Origin: a virus
Taxonomy: Duplodnaviria; Caudoviricetes
Direction: 5' to 3' (one strand)
DNA: 64,000 bases
IMG/VR virus record: IMGVR_UViG_3300014203_000016
Coordinates: 1-64,000 of that record
Each line of letters starts with the position of its first letter. The first letter of the stretch is position 1. Positions 29,649 through 39,158 of the stretch are shown here, piece after piece. Made by a program: the position numbers and the translations under genes. Below the pieces are notes generated by a model. That model was not told the DNA's origin and made no database searches. It saw only the letters and a program-made list of their open reading frames with translations.

Positions 29649-32600
29649 TTAGAATCCCAGCAAGCTGTTCATCGTTTTCTCGTAGAAGCTTCGGTCCAAA
29701 GCCTGGGTGTTGTCGGTGATGTTCACGTTCATATTCATCGGCACACCGGTCATGGACGAAACTTGTTGGTTAATGATACCGGATATGGTCTCCTGGTCAA
29801 CGTTGCCGTTGCCGGATACATTCAACCGGATATTCTCTCCTCTAGGTGTAACCCTTGCCGTCGGACTCGTCAAGAGTGCAGCCGGATTAACCTCTACGGG
29901 TGTCGCTTCTTGCTGGGCTTCGTTGCCTTCGGGTGTCGGCCCGCCTTTGATGGCAGAACCGACCAACCACATGGCGGCAAAACCGGCTCCGGCGGCCGCC
30001 GGGGCGCTACCCAACATCTTGCCGGCTTGGTTGCGCAAACCATCGAACATGTTGCCTGCCGTCACGTTGTCTTTCAGGTTGCGGGTTGTTTGGAAAATGT
30101 CGCTCATCCGGCTGAACTGTTGGTCGGCCGCATCGCTGAAACCGTTCTGCCCGCCGTTGGCTTTCTTGCGCATATGCATCAGGTTCTGGACGATGGTTTC
30201 GTTCTCCATCTTGCGGGATGCGTAATAGTTTTTGGCTACTTCGGCATCCTCACCCACACCCGAGAGCTGGGAAACATAATGCTCGACATTGTCCGTACCC
30301 AGAATGGTGTTCGGTCTATCCCGCAAGGCTTCGTACAGGTTGCCGCTGGAGTCTCCGCTCGAACGCCCAAAGTTGAAGGCGTCGTTGCGTAAGGAACCAC
30401 GGTGGGCGGTCGCCTCATTCGCTTGGGCAAAAGAAGTGAATCCGGTGCGGAAGAGGTCTTCTTTGCCTTTCGGAATGGCATCGATGGCTTGCATCTGCTC
30501 CATCAAGCCATCCACGCCGCTGACGCTCAGGTTTTTGATGGCACCCGGAATGGCGCTCTGGGTATCCATGAAGGAACTGGCTTTGCCCATCAGGTAGTCG
30601 ATTTTCTCGCCACCCTTGAGTCCGTCCAGGAAGTCCATGTCGATGCCCATGTTTTCCACGTTGGCTTTTTTCGCATCGATAAAGTTTTGGACAAACAGAT
30701 TGCCGACTTCATCGTAGCTGTTCATGATGTGGTTGTATTCGTCCGCTCCGATTTGCTTCTGTTTCAAGGCTTGGCTGTAGACATAATGCATCATGTCGCG
30801 GGAAGCCACCATCGCGTTGTCGGACATACCGATACCGGCTCCGGCTTGGCGTTTGGCGACGATGTTCAAGGTTTCGTCCAGCTCGCTGGTGCGTTCCTGG
30901 AAGAAGTTTTTCGCTTCCCCGTCGCTCATTTCGCTGATTTTCTGGAAACTGGAGAAGTTGCCCGGTTCCAATACTGTCGCTTTCGCTGTTTTTTGGAACC
31001 AATCGCGCTCGCGGGCCAATGCCCGTTGTACAGCGCGCGGGTCTTCTGCGCCTCGGTAGGCATCCAACACCGCATACAAGGTATCGCCATCGTAATCGGC
31101 ACCCATCGCTTTGGCGGCTTGGCGGGAAACCAACAAGCTATTGTCGGATTTGCTGTCGCTCGTCAAGTTGCTGTCGATGCGCATGCTCAGGAAGTTCAGG
31201 GAACCTTCCGACTGGGTCGGCTGACGGTTAATCATGCCGATGACATCGAAGGTGTCGTCCTTCTCGCGCGTACCCGTCATCCGGCGCAGGATTTCGTCGT
31301 GCATTTCATCCGGGTTTATCATTTCCGGGTTCATGCCGTTGGCGATAAAGATTTCCCGTTCAATGCCTTTGATGGAATGGGAAGCCATCTCGCGGGACAT
31401 GAACGCTTCGGATTCCCGGCGGGTGCCATTGGAAAGGAAGGAGCCATCCAACTGTTCCGCATACGCCCCGAATTGGTTGTAGGTTGCCGCTTTCGCGCTG
31501 AAACCATTGACGGAGCGCATCGTGCCGGTCCCTTTCAGGAAGCCGGATTTGCTACTCGTCGACAAGTACTGGCTCGAGTCGGCGGTCAATTCCGCCATTG
31601 CCGTATTGGCGCGTTTGCGGTAGCCGTCGCCATCGCGGATGATGGCTTTCTGGATATCGTCGCGCGACAAATCTTGCGAAGAATAGTCGCGGTTGTTGTG
31701 GGCATAGACCGAACTGTAGACCGATTCGAAATCTTTCTGGATTTTACGCGGGTTCACGCCCTCGTATTCAGAGAAGCCTTCTTCGATATTGCCGATGATG
31801 GGCACGTAGGTTTTCGCGAACAAATCTCCGGACATCGGGTTGTGCCGGCCTTCCATTTGCGTCTGCAGGAAGGCTTGGCTGTTGTTGCGTTTCAGGAAAC
31901 TGCCCAACTCTTCGTTCTCGATGCCCAATTCTTTGTTGTTCAAAAGAATCGTCATTGGGTCAGCCATGGTGTTGTAGTCGTCCATCTTGCTGCGGTTCTT
32001 GCCTCTGCCGATATCCTTCAATAAGGTGGCATCGAAGACATAATGGCCGTCGACCTTGCGGATGTTGGCATCGGCGGAGCCGGCCACGCTTCCGGTCATG
32101 TCGAACAATACGTTGTTCTCCGCTTTGATGGCGGAGATATCGTTTGCGCCCAGAGATTGCCGCACGCGCGTTCCATAATCGGCATGCGCCGATTGGGTGG
32201 CGCCTTCGGACAGATGGCTGAACTGTTGGTAGATAGGATTGCTTTCCCCATTCAGTTTGCTTTTCAGGATGTTCATCTCACGGATGGAGATGCGGGCGGT
32301 GGTCGATTGGCCGGCATAGTCGAAGACGTTGTGCCAGCGGGCTTGCGTGTAGACGTTGCCTTCATCGAAGCCGAAGTCGGCGCGCGATTGGCCCAAGAAG
32401 GTCTTGTACTGGTCGCGGGCGTAGGTTCCGGTCAATTCTTTGATGTTGGCTGCATCGCCGTACAGCAAGCGTTGGCCGTCAGCGTCGAAGGAAATGGTTT
32501 TGTCCAAGCCCATCGTCGCTAAATGCGGTTGGAAGATGTTCTTGAAGGCTTCGGCCTGAATCGTTTCGCGACTCAAATCCTGCGTCGAAAAGGCTTTGCC

Positions 32601-35600
32601 TTCATTGCCAAGCCATTTCTGGACCGCCGGCAATTCCGCTTGCCCGCCGGTACTCACACGCTCCAAATCTTCGAGCATGTTCTGGAAATCGGTTTCGATG
32701 TTGGTCGCCAACATCCCGCCCCACGGGTTCCTTCCGGTATTGATTTGTTCCTGGACGGCATCGATGCGCGGACCGCTACCGGCATTGAAGATGCGGTCAA
32801 AAATGTCGTCGGCAGAGGTGCGCATGGTCGTACGCGTTCCTTGCAAGCCATCAATCAGTTTAGTGCCGTCGTGTCCCTTTTGGACTTGTTCCAGAATCAG
32901 GTGTGTGCCCTTTTCGGTCTTCGAGATGCCCAGGATTTTTGAGTCTTTGTAGACGCGGTATTTCTGCTCAGCCGCGATGTTCTTGCTGGCTTCATCCCCG
33001 CCGGCACGCATCGATTCCTCCACGATGTCGCCGACCTTCAACAAGCCTTCGTCGGTGATAAGCCCCATCTTGGCCATCTCGTCGTAGCCGATAGGCTGTT
33101 TGAATTTCAGGCTGCCATTCTTGAAGATGGCGTCATTGTTTTCTTTGGCCAACCGCTCCTGCATGCTCTCGCTCAATTGGATGCCGGTCTTCAAGCGGAT
33201 GTTCATTTCGTCCTTGACTTCCATCGCTTGCGCCAAACTTTCGCGGACAATCATCTGCCCATCGTAGTTGGAATGCAAGCCGGACTGCATGATTTTCTTT
33301 TTCGCCTGCAAATCTTCGACGGCGGCACGGATGGTGCGCGGGTCTTGCCCGGAAGCACCCTTGGCTTCCATCTCCAGGATTTCCTTGTCGATTTGTTTGA
33401 TTGCCAAGTCCACTTTGTTCTGCACTTCGCTGTCGTTCATGTAAGCCGAACGGATGCCGATGCCCCGGACGCCGGATTCTTTGCCGATGGCCATGTCGTA
33501 AGCGGCCATTTGCGCCGTGTCGGAACTGTTCAGGCGCCGGCTGATTTGCTCCGGACTTAAACCGGATTGTGCCAGGTAATTCTCTAAACCACTTTGTTCC
33601 ATTGTGTGGTAGTTTTGCGTCTTCAGGATTTGGTCACGGGTCGCCGGATTGTGCGTGCCCAATGGGGTCAGATTGCGTTGGTCTTTTACGTAGACTTTAC
33701 CGGACATGAACTGTTGGGTATTGGTTCCCTGAGTGGTTACCTGGATGCCATCCTTGCCCTTACCGTACGCTTTGTTCCACTCGAAGGGTAACTGCAACAA
33801 GACTTTGTTGCGCACGTTAAACGCTTCTTTTCGGGGTTTCCAGCCACTGTTGATAAAGTTGACATCTTGCTTGTCGTTGTCGCGTTGCCATCTCTTGAAC
33901 TCGTCCGCATAACCGCCGCCCATGCGTCCCAATAAGGTATCCCCGTAATCCGAGATGTCCATTGTGAAACCGGAAGCAAGGTTCTTGTTCCGCGAAGCCG
34001 CCGCCCAAGCCGTATCCGAGTTGCCGTCACCGGGGAAGCGACTGGATACTTGACCGTTGGTCATCTTGTGGCGATAGCTAGCCAAACGTCCGTCAACAAT
34101 GTCATTCATTGACACCTTCTGGCCTTGGCGTTTGGCGTCTTCGGCTTTCTTGTTGATTTGGCTCGGCAACCATTTCAGTTCATCGAAAGCCCGTTCGACG
34201 GTGCTTGAATAGCTCATTTCCGGTGCGCTATGCCCGAAGTCGGTGCCGATTTTGGCTTTGTATTGGTTCATCAAACGCGTGCCGTTGATGTTGACCGAAC
34301 CGGACTTGTCGAACAGCGGAATCGAAACGCGGTTCACTTTTGAACTGAAACGTTTTTCGTCGACGGTCATGTTGTTCATGAAAGGCGCATTGCCGGCTTC
34401 GGTAAAGAACAACACCATGTCGTCGCTTTCTTTGATGTAGTCCAAGCTGACGCCAAAGCCATTGGCCTCGAAAGCGGCCACGGTCTCTTTGATGCGGGCA
34501 TGGTAATCGACGCCGGAAGTGTTTTTCTTTCCGCCTTGGTTGAAGCTGAAAATGTCCGTGGTTGCGCGGACCTGATTGTCGAAATAAGCGCCGACATCTT
34601 CGGCGGTCTTCAAGCGGGTTGCCACGCTTCCGCTCAGATTGTCGAGGTCGAAACTGCGGAAGTTGCCACGGGTCGTTTCTGAAGACAATTGTTCCTTCGA
34701 TTGCGCCAAAGCTTCTTGGTGCCAGGATTGGAAACTTTCATGCTTGTTCGAGCTGAGGTTGCTGATGTAGTCCGCTCGTCCAGATTGGCCGTTGCTGGTT
34801 GCGCCTTTGATGTTGAACCCCGGCACACTGCTGACGACACGGTCGGAGGAAGTCGCGATTTCCTGAATGCGGTTGGTCAGACGCTTGATGGTGTTCTGGG
34901 AAACATTCCCGTTGGTTCGAATTTCCTTGCGGGCCTGTTCATAGATTTCTAGACGGGTTTTGTCGTCCATCGTGCCCCCGATTTGTTTCAGCATGTTGTC
35001 GAAATCCAACAAGGTCATGCTGGCGTTCTTGTTCGCGCCCGTGCGCAACACTTGCCCAATCCGTCCCTGCAGCATCTTGTTGTCCGACACGTTCAGGTAG
35101 GTGGTCTTATCGTCGAGCGTCTTCATCGGGATGACCTTCATGCCGTCGTATGTATAACTCATCTGGTTGTCCGGCAATTCCTGCTTGTAGCGGGTTGCGA
35201 AGTTCGAGATGTACAGGTTCTGGGACATGCCGGCTACGCTTGGTCGGTCGCCGGGTTGCGGAATCTGCTTGGCGTTTTCGATGACATTGTTCCACATGCC
35301 TTGTTCTTCGCGCAGGATGCCCTTCAATCCCACCGTCTTCTCTATTTTTTCGTAACTGCGGTAGTATTGCGAATCGGTTTCTTCGCTTGCGTTGTAGGCA
35401 TCTTGAACGTTTTTGATGGCCAACTTCTCGATGTTTCCGTTGAAGCCGCTATTCTGCAGGTTGGTGACTTCCGCATCGTACTTGTCCAGTATTTCATAGG
35501 ATTTGTTCAAGCGTTTCACGATGGTATCTTTGTCGTTGTATTTCATGCGGGGGTCGAACAATTCATCGTAGTAACGACGGTAACTGTCGCTCTTGATGTA

Positions 35601-37064
35601 GGACTGACGACTGGCGCTGACTTCCTCTGCCGGCGTCAGGTTCTCGTTGAAAAGATTCGTCAGTTCGGATTGGCTTTCCCGGAAAATGGTTTTGATGGTA
35701 TTGCTGTCCACATCCCGCAAGGTCATGCCGTAGTGGTCGACGCCATTGATGGCTTTCTTACCGGCGCTTCCCAAGAATTCGTATTGGTGACCCGCCACAA
35801 TCGAAGCTTCCTGGAAACGGTAGTTCTGCACGAAGCGGTCTTCCTTTTCGTCCCAACGCATCGTCACATCATACTGCCCGCGATTGCGGTTGAAGGCACT
35901 GTCATAATAACCGCCCGTCCCTTTTTCGGAAACGAACAGTTGGTTCTTTTGGATGGCTTTGCTCTGGCTTTCGCCCAAAGCGCCGGCTTTCACCAACCGC
36001 AATTCGTCATTGAAGACGAATCCGTTCATGGCCGTATCGTCACCGGCATAATGAGCCAGTCCGCCCGAAACGTTTTTTGGCGCCACGGCATTGAAAATGG
36101 TGGAAAGTTGGTTGTTCTTCGTGTCGGCCTTGGTCTGGTTATACACCTTTTCCGCCAATACCAACGTATCGATATGCGGTTGGGTTATCAGTTGCATGGC
36201 TCTTTTTCCAGCTGCGGACGTTTGCGGGCCCATCCATTCAGCGGTGTTGCCTTGGTCGAACTTCTGGACATTATGCCCGACGAAAACCGGGTTTTTTTCT
36301 CCAAACATGTTGATGGCTTCAATGCCTTGTTCTTTTGTGTTCGTATATTTCAAGTCAGACTGAATCGCAAGTCCTTTACGGGCGCGCGCAATGTTTTCGG
36401 CCGTGCCCAAAGCAATGCCCTTGTAGCTCGGCTTGTTCGCCGATTGCCCGGTCATGACGGCGAATTCTTTTCCGCCGATGATTTGTTTACCGAAGTAACT
36501 TTCGTTATCCGCAACCGTCAAGTCGGCCACAGAACGGCGCAAGCCCTCATCCATCCGGTAGAAGGAAGAAGGGTCGCGTTCCAATTGGTCCAACGCGCCG
36601 GATAGTTTCGCGTGCGTGTTGCCGCTGATTTGCATCGCCAATACAACGGCTTCTTCTTTGGCGCTCACACTGGCCCCATCATAATGGTGTTTGTGCAGAG
36701 AGATTTGGGTGACATCGAAGAAGTCATCCGCCGTTTGTTTGCCGAAGAGGTTGCGGTTAGAGGTTCCCAACGTTTCCGTATCCCAAACCACGACATCGCG
36801 GTCATTCGAGGAGAGCAGGTCATCCAACGCCCGTTTGGTTTCCGACAAGTCATTGGAGAGACCGGGCGTTGCATAGATGCCGATATCACCCATCTTGTTT
36901 GGGCCATCTGGCATCATTTCTTTGGCCGCTTGCATCCCTGCCGCCTGGCGCGCGTCGCTGTCGCCGTAATCCTGCCCGAAACTGTAGGGACTGGTGTAAA
37001 CGTTGACGGCATCGCCATATTGTACTTGGGTAATCCCTAACGCTTTGTTGAACGTGTCTACCAC
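29649..37064 (-). CDS. Putative virion single-chain two-barrel RNA polymerase fused to an N-terminal DEDDh exonuclease (2471 aa)
   Basis: GTG start with SD GAGGAGG. Exo motifs WDTET, GHNVQKFD, AHYAGDD. Beta-like NYDGQMIVRESL, GTKLIDGLQGTR, IDAV...GRNPWGGML. Beta-prime-like KSGFLKG, NRQPT, GADYDGD. Confidence 0.85.
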   Translation of the reverse strand: MVDTFNKALGITQVQYGDAVNVYTSPYSFGQDYGDSDARQAAGMQAAKEMMPDGPNKMGDIGIYATPGLSNDLSETKRALDDLLSSNDRDVVVWDTETLGTSNRNLFGKQTADDFFDVTQISLHKHHYDGASVSAKEEAVVLAMQISGNTHAKLSGALDQLERDPSSFYRMDEGLRRSVADLTVADNESYFGKQIIGGKEFAVMTGQSANKPSYKGIALGTAENIARARKGLAIQSDLKYTNTKEQGIEAINMFGEKNPVFVGHNVQKFDQGNTAEWMGPQTSAAGKRAMQLITQPHIDTLVLAEKVYNQTKADTKNNQLSTIFNAVAPKNVSGGLAHYAGDDTAMNGFVFNDELRLVKAGALGESQSKAIQKNQLFVSEKGTGGYYDSAFNRNRGQYDVTMRWDEKEDRFVQNYRFQEASIVAGHQYEFLGSAGKKAINGVDHYGMTLRDVDSNTIKTIFRESQSELTNLFNENLTPAEEVSASRQSYIKSDSYRRYYDELFDPRMKYNDKDTIVKRLNKSYEILDKYDAEVTNLQNSGFNGNIEKLAIKNVQDAYNASEETDSQYYRSYEKIEKTVGLKGILREEQGMWNNVIENAKQIPQPGDRPSVAGMSQNLYISNFATRYKQELPDNQMSYTYDGMKVIPMKTLDDKTTYLNVSDNKMLQGRIGQVLRTGANKNASMTLLDFDNMLKQIGGTMDDKTRLEIYEQARKEIRTNGNVSQNTIKRLTNRIQEIATSSDRVVSSVPGFNIKGATSNGQSGRADYISNLSSNKHESFQSWHQEALAQSKEQLSSETTRGNFRSFDLDNLSGSVATRLKTAEDVGAYFDNQVRATTDIFSFNQGGKKNTSGVDYHARIKETVAAFEANGFGVSLDYIKESDDMVLFFTEAGNAPFMNNMTVDEKRFSSKVNRVSIPLFDKSGSVNINGTRLMNQYKAKIGTDFGHSAPEMSYSSTVERAFDELKWLPSQINKKAEDAKRQGQKVSMNDIVDGRLASYRHKMTNGQVSSRFPGDGNSDTAWAAASRNKNLASGFTMDISDYGDTLLGRMGGGYADEFKRWQRDNDKQDVNFINSGWKPRKEAFNVRNKVLLQLPFEWNKAYGKGKDGIQVTTQGTNTQQFMSGKVYVKDQRNLTPLGTHNPATRDQILKTQNYHTMEQSGLENYLAQSGLSPEQISRRLNSSDTAQMAAYDMAIGKESGVRGIGIRSAYMNDSEVQNKVDLAIKQIDKEILEMEAKGASGQDPRTIRAAVEDLQAKKKIMQSGLHSNYDGQMIVRESLAQAMEVKDEMNIRLKTGIQLSESMQERLAKENNDAIFKNGSLKFKQPIGYDEMAKMGLITDEGLLKVGDIVEESMRAGGDEASKNIAAEQKYRVYKDSKILGISKTEKGTHLILEQVQKGHDGTKLIDGLQGTRTTMRTSADDIFDRIFNAGSGPRIDAVQEQINTGRNPWGGMLATNIETDFQNMLEDLERVSTGGQAELPAVQKWLGNEGKAFSTQDLSRETIQAEAFKNIFQPHLATMGLDKTISFDADGQRLLYGDAANIKELTGTYARDQYKTFLGQSRADFGFDEGNVYTQARWHNVFDYAGQSTTARISIREMNILKSKLNGESNPIYQQFSHLSEGATQSAHADYGTRVRQSLGANDISAIKAENNVLFDMTGSVAGSADANIRKVDGHYVFDATLLKDIGRGKNRSKMDDYNTMADPMTILLNNKELGIENEELGSFLKRNNSQAFLQTQMEGRHNPMSGDLFAKTYVPIIGNIEEGFSEYEGVNPRKIQKDFESVYSSVYAHNNRDYSSQDLSRDDIQKAIIRDGDGYRKRANTAMAELTADSSQYLSTSSKSGFLKGTGTMRSVNGFSAKAATYNQFGAYAEQLDGSFLSNGTRRESEAFMSREMASHSIKGIEREIFIANGMNPEMINPDEMHDEILRRMTGTREKDDTFDVIGMINRQPTQSEGSLNFLSMRIDSNLTSDSKSDNSLLVSRQAAKAMGADYDGDTLYAVLDAYRGAEDPRAVQRALARERDWFQKTAKATVLEPGNFSSFQKISEMSDGEAKNFFQERTSELDETLNIVAKRQAGAGIGMSDNAMVASRDMMHYVYSQALKQKQIGADEYNHIMNSYDEVGNLFVQNFIDAKKANVENMGIDMDFLDGLKGGEKIDYLMGKASSFMDTQSAIPGAIKNLSVSGVDGLMEQMQAIDAIPKGKEDLFRTGFTSFAQANEATAHRGSLRNDAFNFGRSSGDSSGNLYEALRDRPNTILGTDNVEHYVSQLSGVGEDAEVAKNYYASRKMENETIVQNLMHMRKKANGGQNGFSDAADQQFSRMSDIFQTTRNLKDNVTAGNMFDGLRNQAGKMLGSAPAAAGAGFAAMWLVGSAIKGGPTPEGNEAQQEATPVEVNPAALLTSPTARVTPRGENIRLNVSGNGNVDQETISGIINQQVSSMTGVPMNMNVNITDNTQALDRSFYEKTMNSLLGF

Positions 37065-37096
37065 TCTGTTTCCTCCTCAAGAGCCCCTGTGCGGGG

Positions 37097-39158
37097 CTAC
37101 ATGTAGTTTGTGTAATTTTGCATGCCGGCTTTGATTTCTTCCGAACGGTCTTTTTGGATATTCAAACTGGTACTGAACGAATCTTCTGTTGCAGAACCTA
37201 CCTTCATGCCGATGCGAACATCTTTCAATCCGGCTCCGCGCAAAGCCTTCTCTAAATCTCCCGTATTAATCATGGTAGAAAAAAGGCTTTGTCGAATAGG
37301 AATAGCCTCGACTCCGGATTGGTCGGCGAGTTTTTCGTCATCGCCCCAATAGTTAGCTTCGGTCAATTCGATGCCCTCATTGCGCATCACTTTCAGCTTG
37401 ATGCTGTCCAAGGATGTGCCGGGGTTCCAGCCTTCCCACTTGGCACCGGGCAGATTGTATTTATCGAAATACTTATTCAGGTCTTCCGGTTCGTCTACTT
37501 TCAAGCCGAATTGCTGTTGGTAAATGCGCTTCTGGTTTTCCGGCACCAATTCCAATATCCGTTGCCGTTCACGCGGAGAAGCTTTGGCGAAAGCAGTGAA
37601 ATATTCCTTATCTTTCTTCGGCAAGGCCCGGTATGTCTTGCTGTAGTTGTAAGTATCCGATGCTCCGAACAACGTCGATTCGAATTCGTCTTTGTAACGA
37701 AGCGCCAAAGCGGCATAAGGGCCCACTTCGCCGGTCGGTCGGTCGCTGTCGATTTCATTCAACTGCAACTTGATGTCGGCCAATTCGGTGTCGATGTTCT
37801 CGCTGTTGGCGTCTTCGCTATCTTTCTTGATGTTAAGCCATTTTTTCTTGTTGTTCAAGTAGGCTTTCAAGTTTTTATTATCTTTTCCGCGCGTCGTATT
37901 CGTGTCGAAATACGCGTCCAAATCCATGCCTTCATATTTCTTGGCATCATCTTTGGCTTTCTCGTACAAACCCTTGTATTTGATGTATTTGATTTTGTCG
38001 AAGTACTCGTCGACTTCGCGCTCGCGTTCGCGGCGTTCCGGAATCCAAATCTCTTTTCCGCCCGGCGTCAGTTCTCGTCCGGTATCAATCACCGTCCGTA
38101 CACCGGAAACCAATCCGAAGACAATCCCGGTGCCCATTCCTTTGTTCCATTTGTTCTTCTTACCGGCCAGCAAGCCGATTCCCAATCCATTCAGGAAGGA
38201 AAGCCCCGGATTTAAGGCGGCCGTACTGTCAAACATCGGCATCAACCAGTCGCTAATCGGATTCTTCCAGTCACGCCAAGATTTGCTGTACAGTTCATCC
38301 GCATACGCTTCCGTCGCTGATTTCACTGGTAGGAATTTGTCGGCGATGATATTCACAACCGGTACCATCGGCAACAAATCATGAACCATCCATTCCGTCA
38401 ATTTGCCGGTGGTCAGTTGTCCCTCGGAGAACAAAGCTTCGGTCGCGATGGAGGATTCGTCATCCTTCAAGGTCACCGTTCCACCGTATTCTTCCGTGCG
38501 TTTCGACAAGTAGTAGTTCAGGTTGTCGTGCGCACCCAAACCTTCCATACCGAAGCGCGAACCTTTGGCCGCGTGCGGCGTATACACAACCACACGCATC
38601 GTGTCCATCATGTCATCGCGGACGCGTTTCAGCGGGTCTCCGTCGATGGAAACCTGCAGTTTCTGCCCCGGTTTGATGAATTGGCCAATCATCGCTTTGT
38701 TTTCTTCGTCATCCGTCTTGACGTTTACCCCTGCTAATTTAAACGGGTTATTCGCATATTCTTCCGTCAGGAAGGTGTTCTGGTCAAGGACTTGGGTGAC
38801 CGTGACGGTCTCTTTTTCGTTGTCCATATTCTGGAAGCGTTCCGCATAGAAGTTTTTCTTCTTCATGCGCGAAGAAACTTGGTCGCGGATGGTCGCGTAC
38901 TCGTCCTGTTGGCGTTCATCCAAATAACCGTTTTGGTTCAGGAGTGCGACTTCTTTTTTGGCCGCCCGGTACTGGTCTGAGTAAGGGGCTACGTCAGCCA
39001 AAATGCGGTAGCGGTCCAATGCAGAGTAATTGCCCTGTGCGTCTTTGCGTACCCCGTATAATTTTTCATATGCATCTCCAGGCAAGCGCTGTTCACCCTT
39101 GGCGACTTTCGCATAGGGGTCGCCGTGCAAGAAATCCTGGAAGTAACCGGCGCCGGGT
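37097..39158 (-). CDS. Exon 2 of the tape-measure-like giant protein (spliced product 2170 aa)
   Basis: After removing 39159-40162 the frame reads ...NTMPTW-L-PGAGYFQDFLHGDPYAK, in frame with the 677-aa ORF. No SD precedes that ORF's TTG. Confidence 0.85.

Noticed and set aside
29649-30000. Homology between the C-termini of the RNAP protein and the tape-measure-like protein (NI..DRS..M)
   Set aside because: The similarity is too weak to support by eye.
37097-39130. The 677-aa ORF as an independent gene
   Set aside because: Its TTG lacks an SD and the frame extends upstream to the intron 3' splice site, so it is exon 2.
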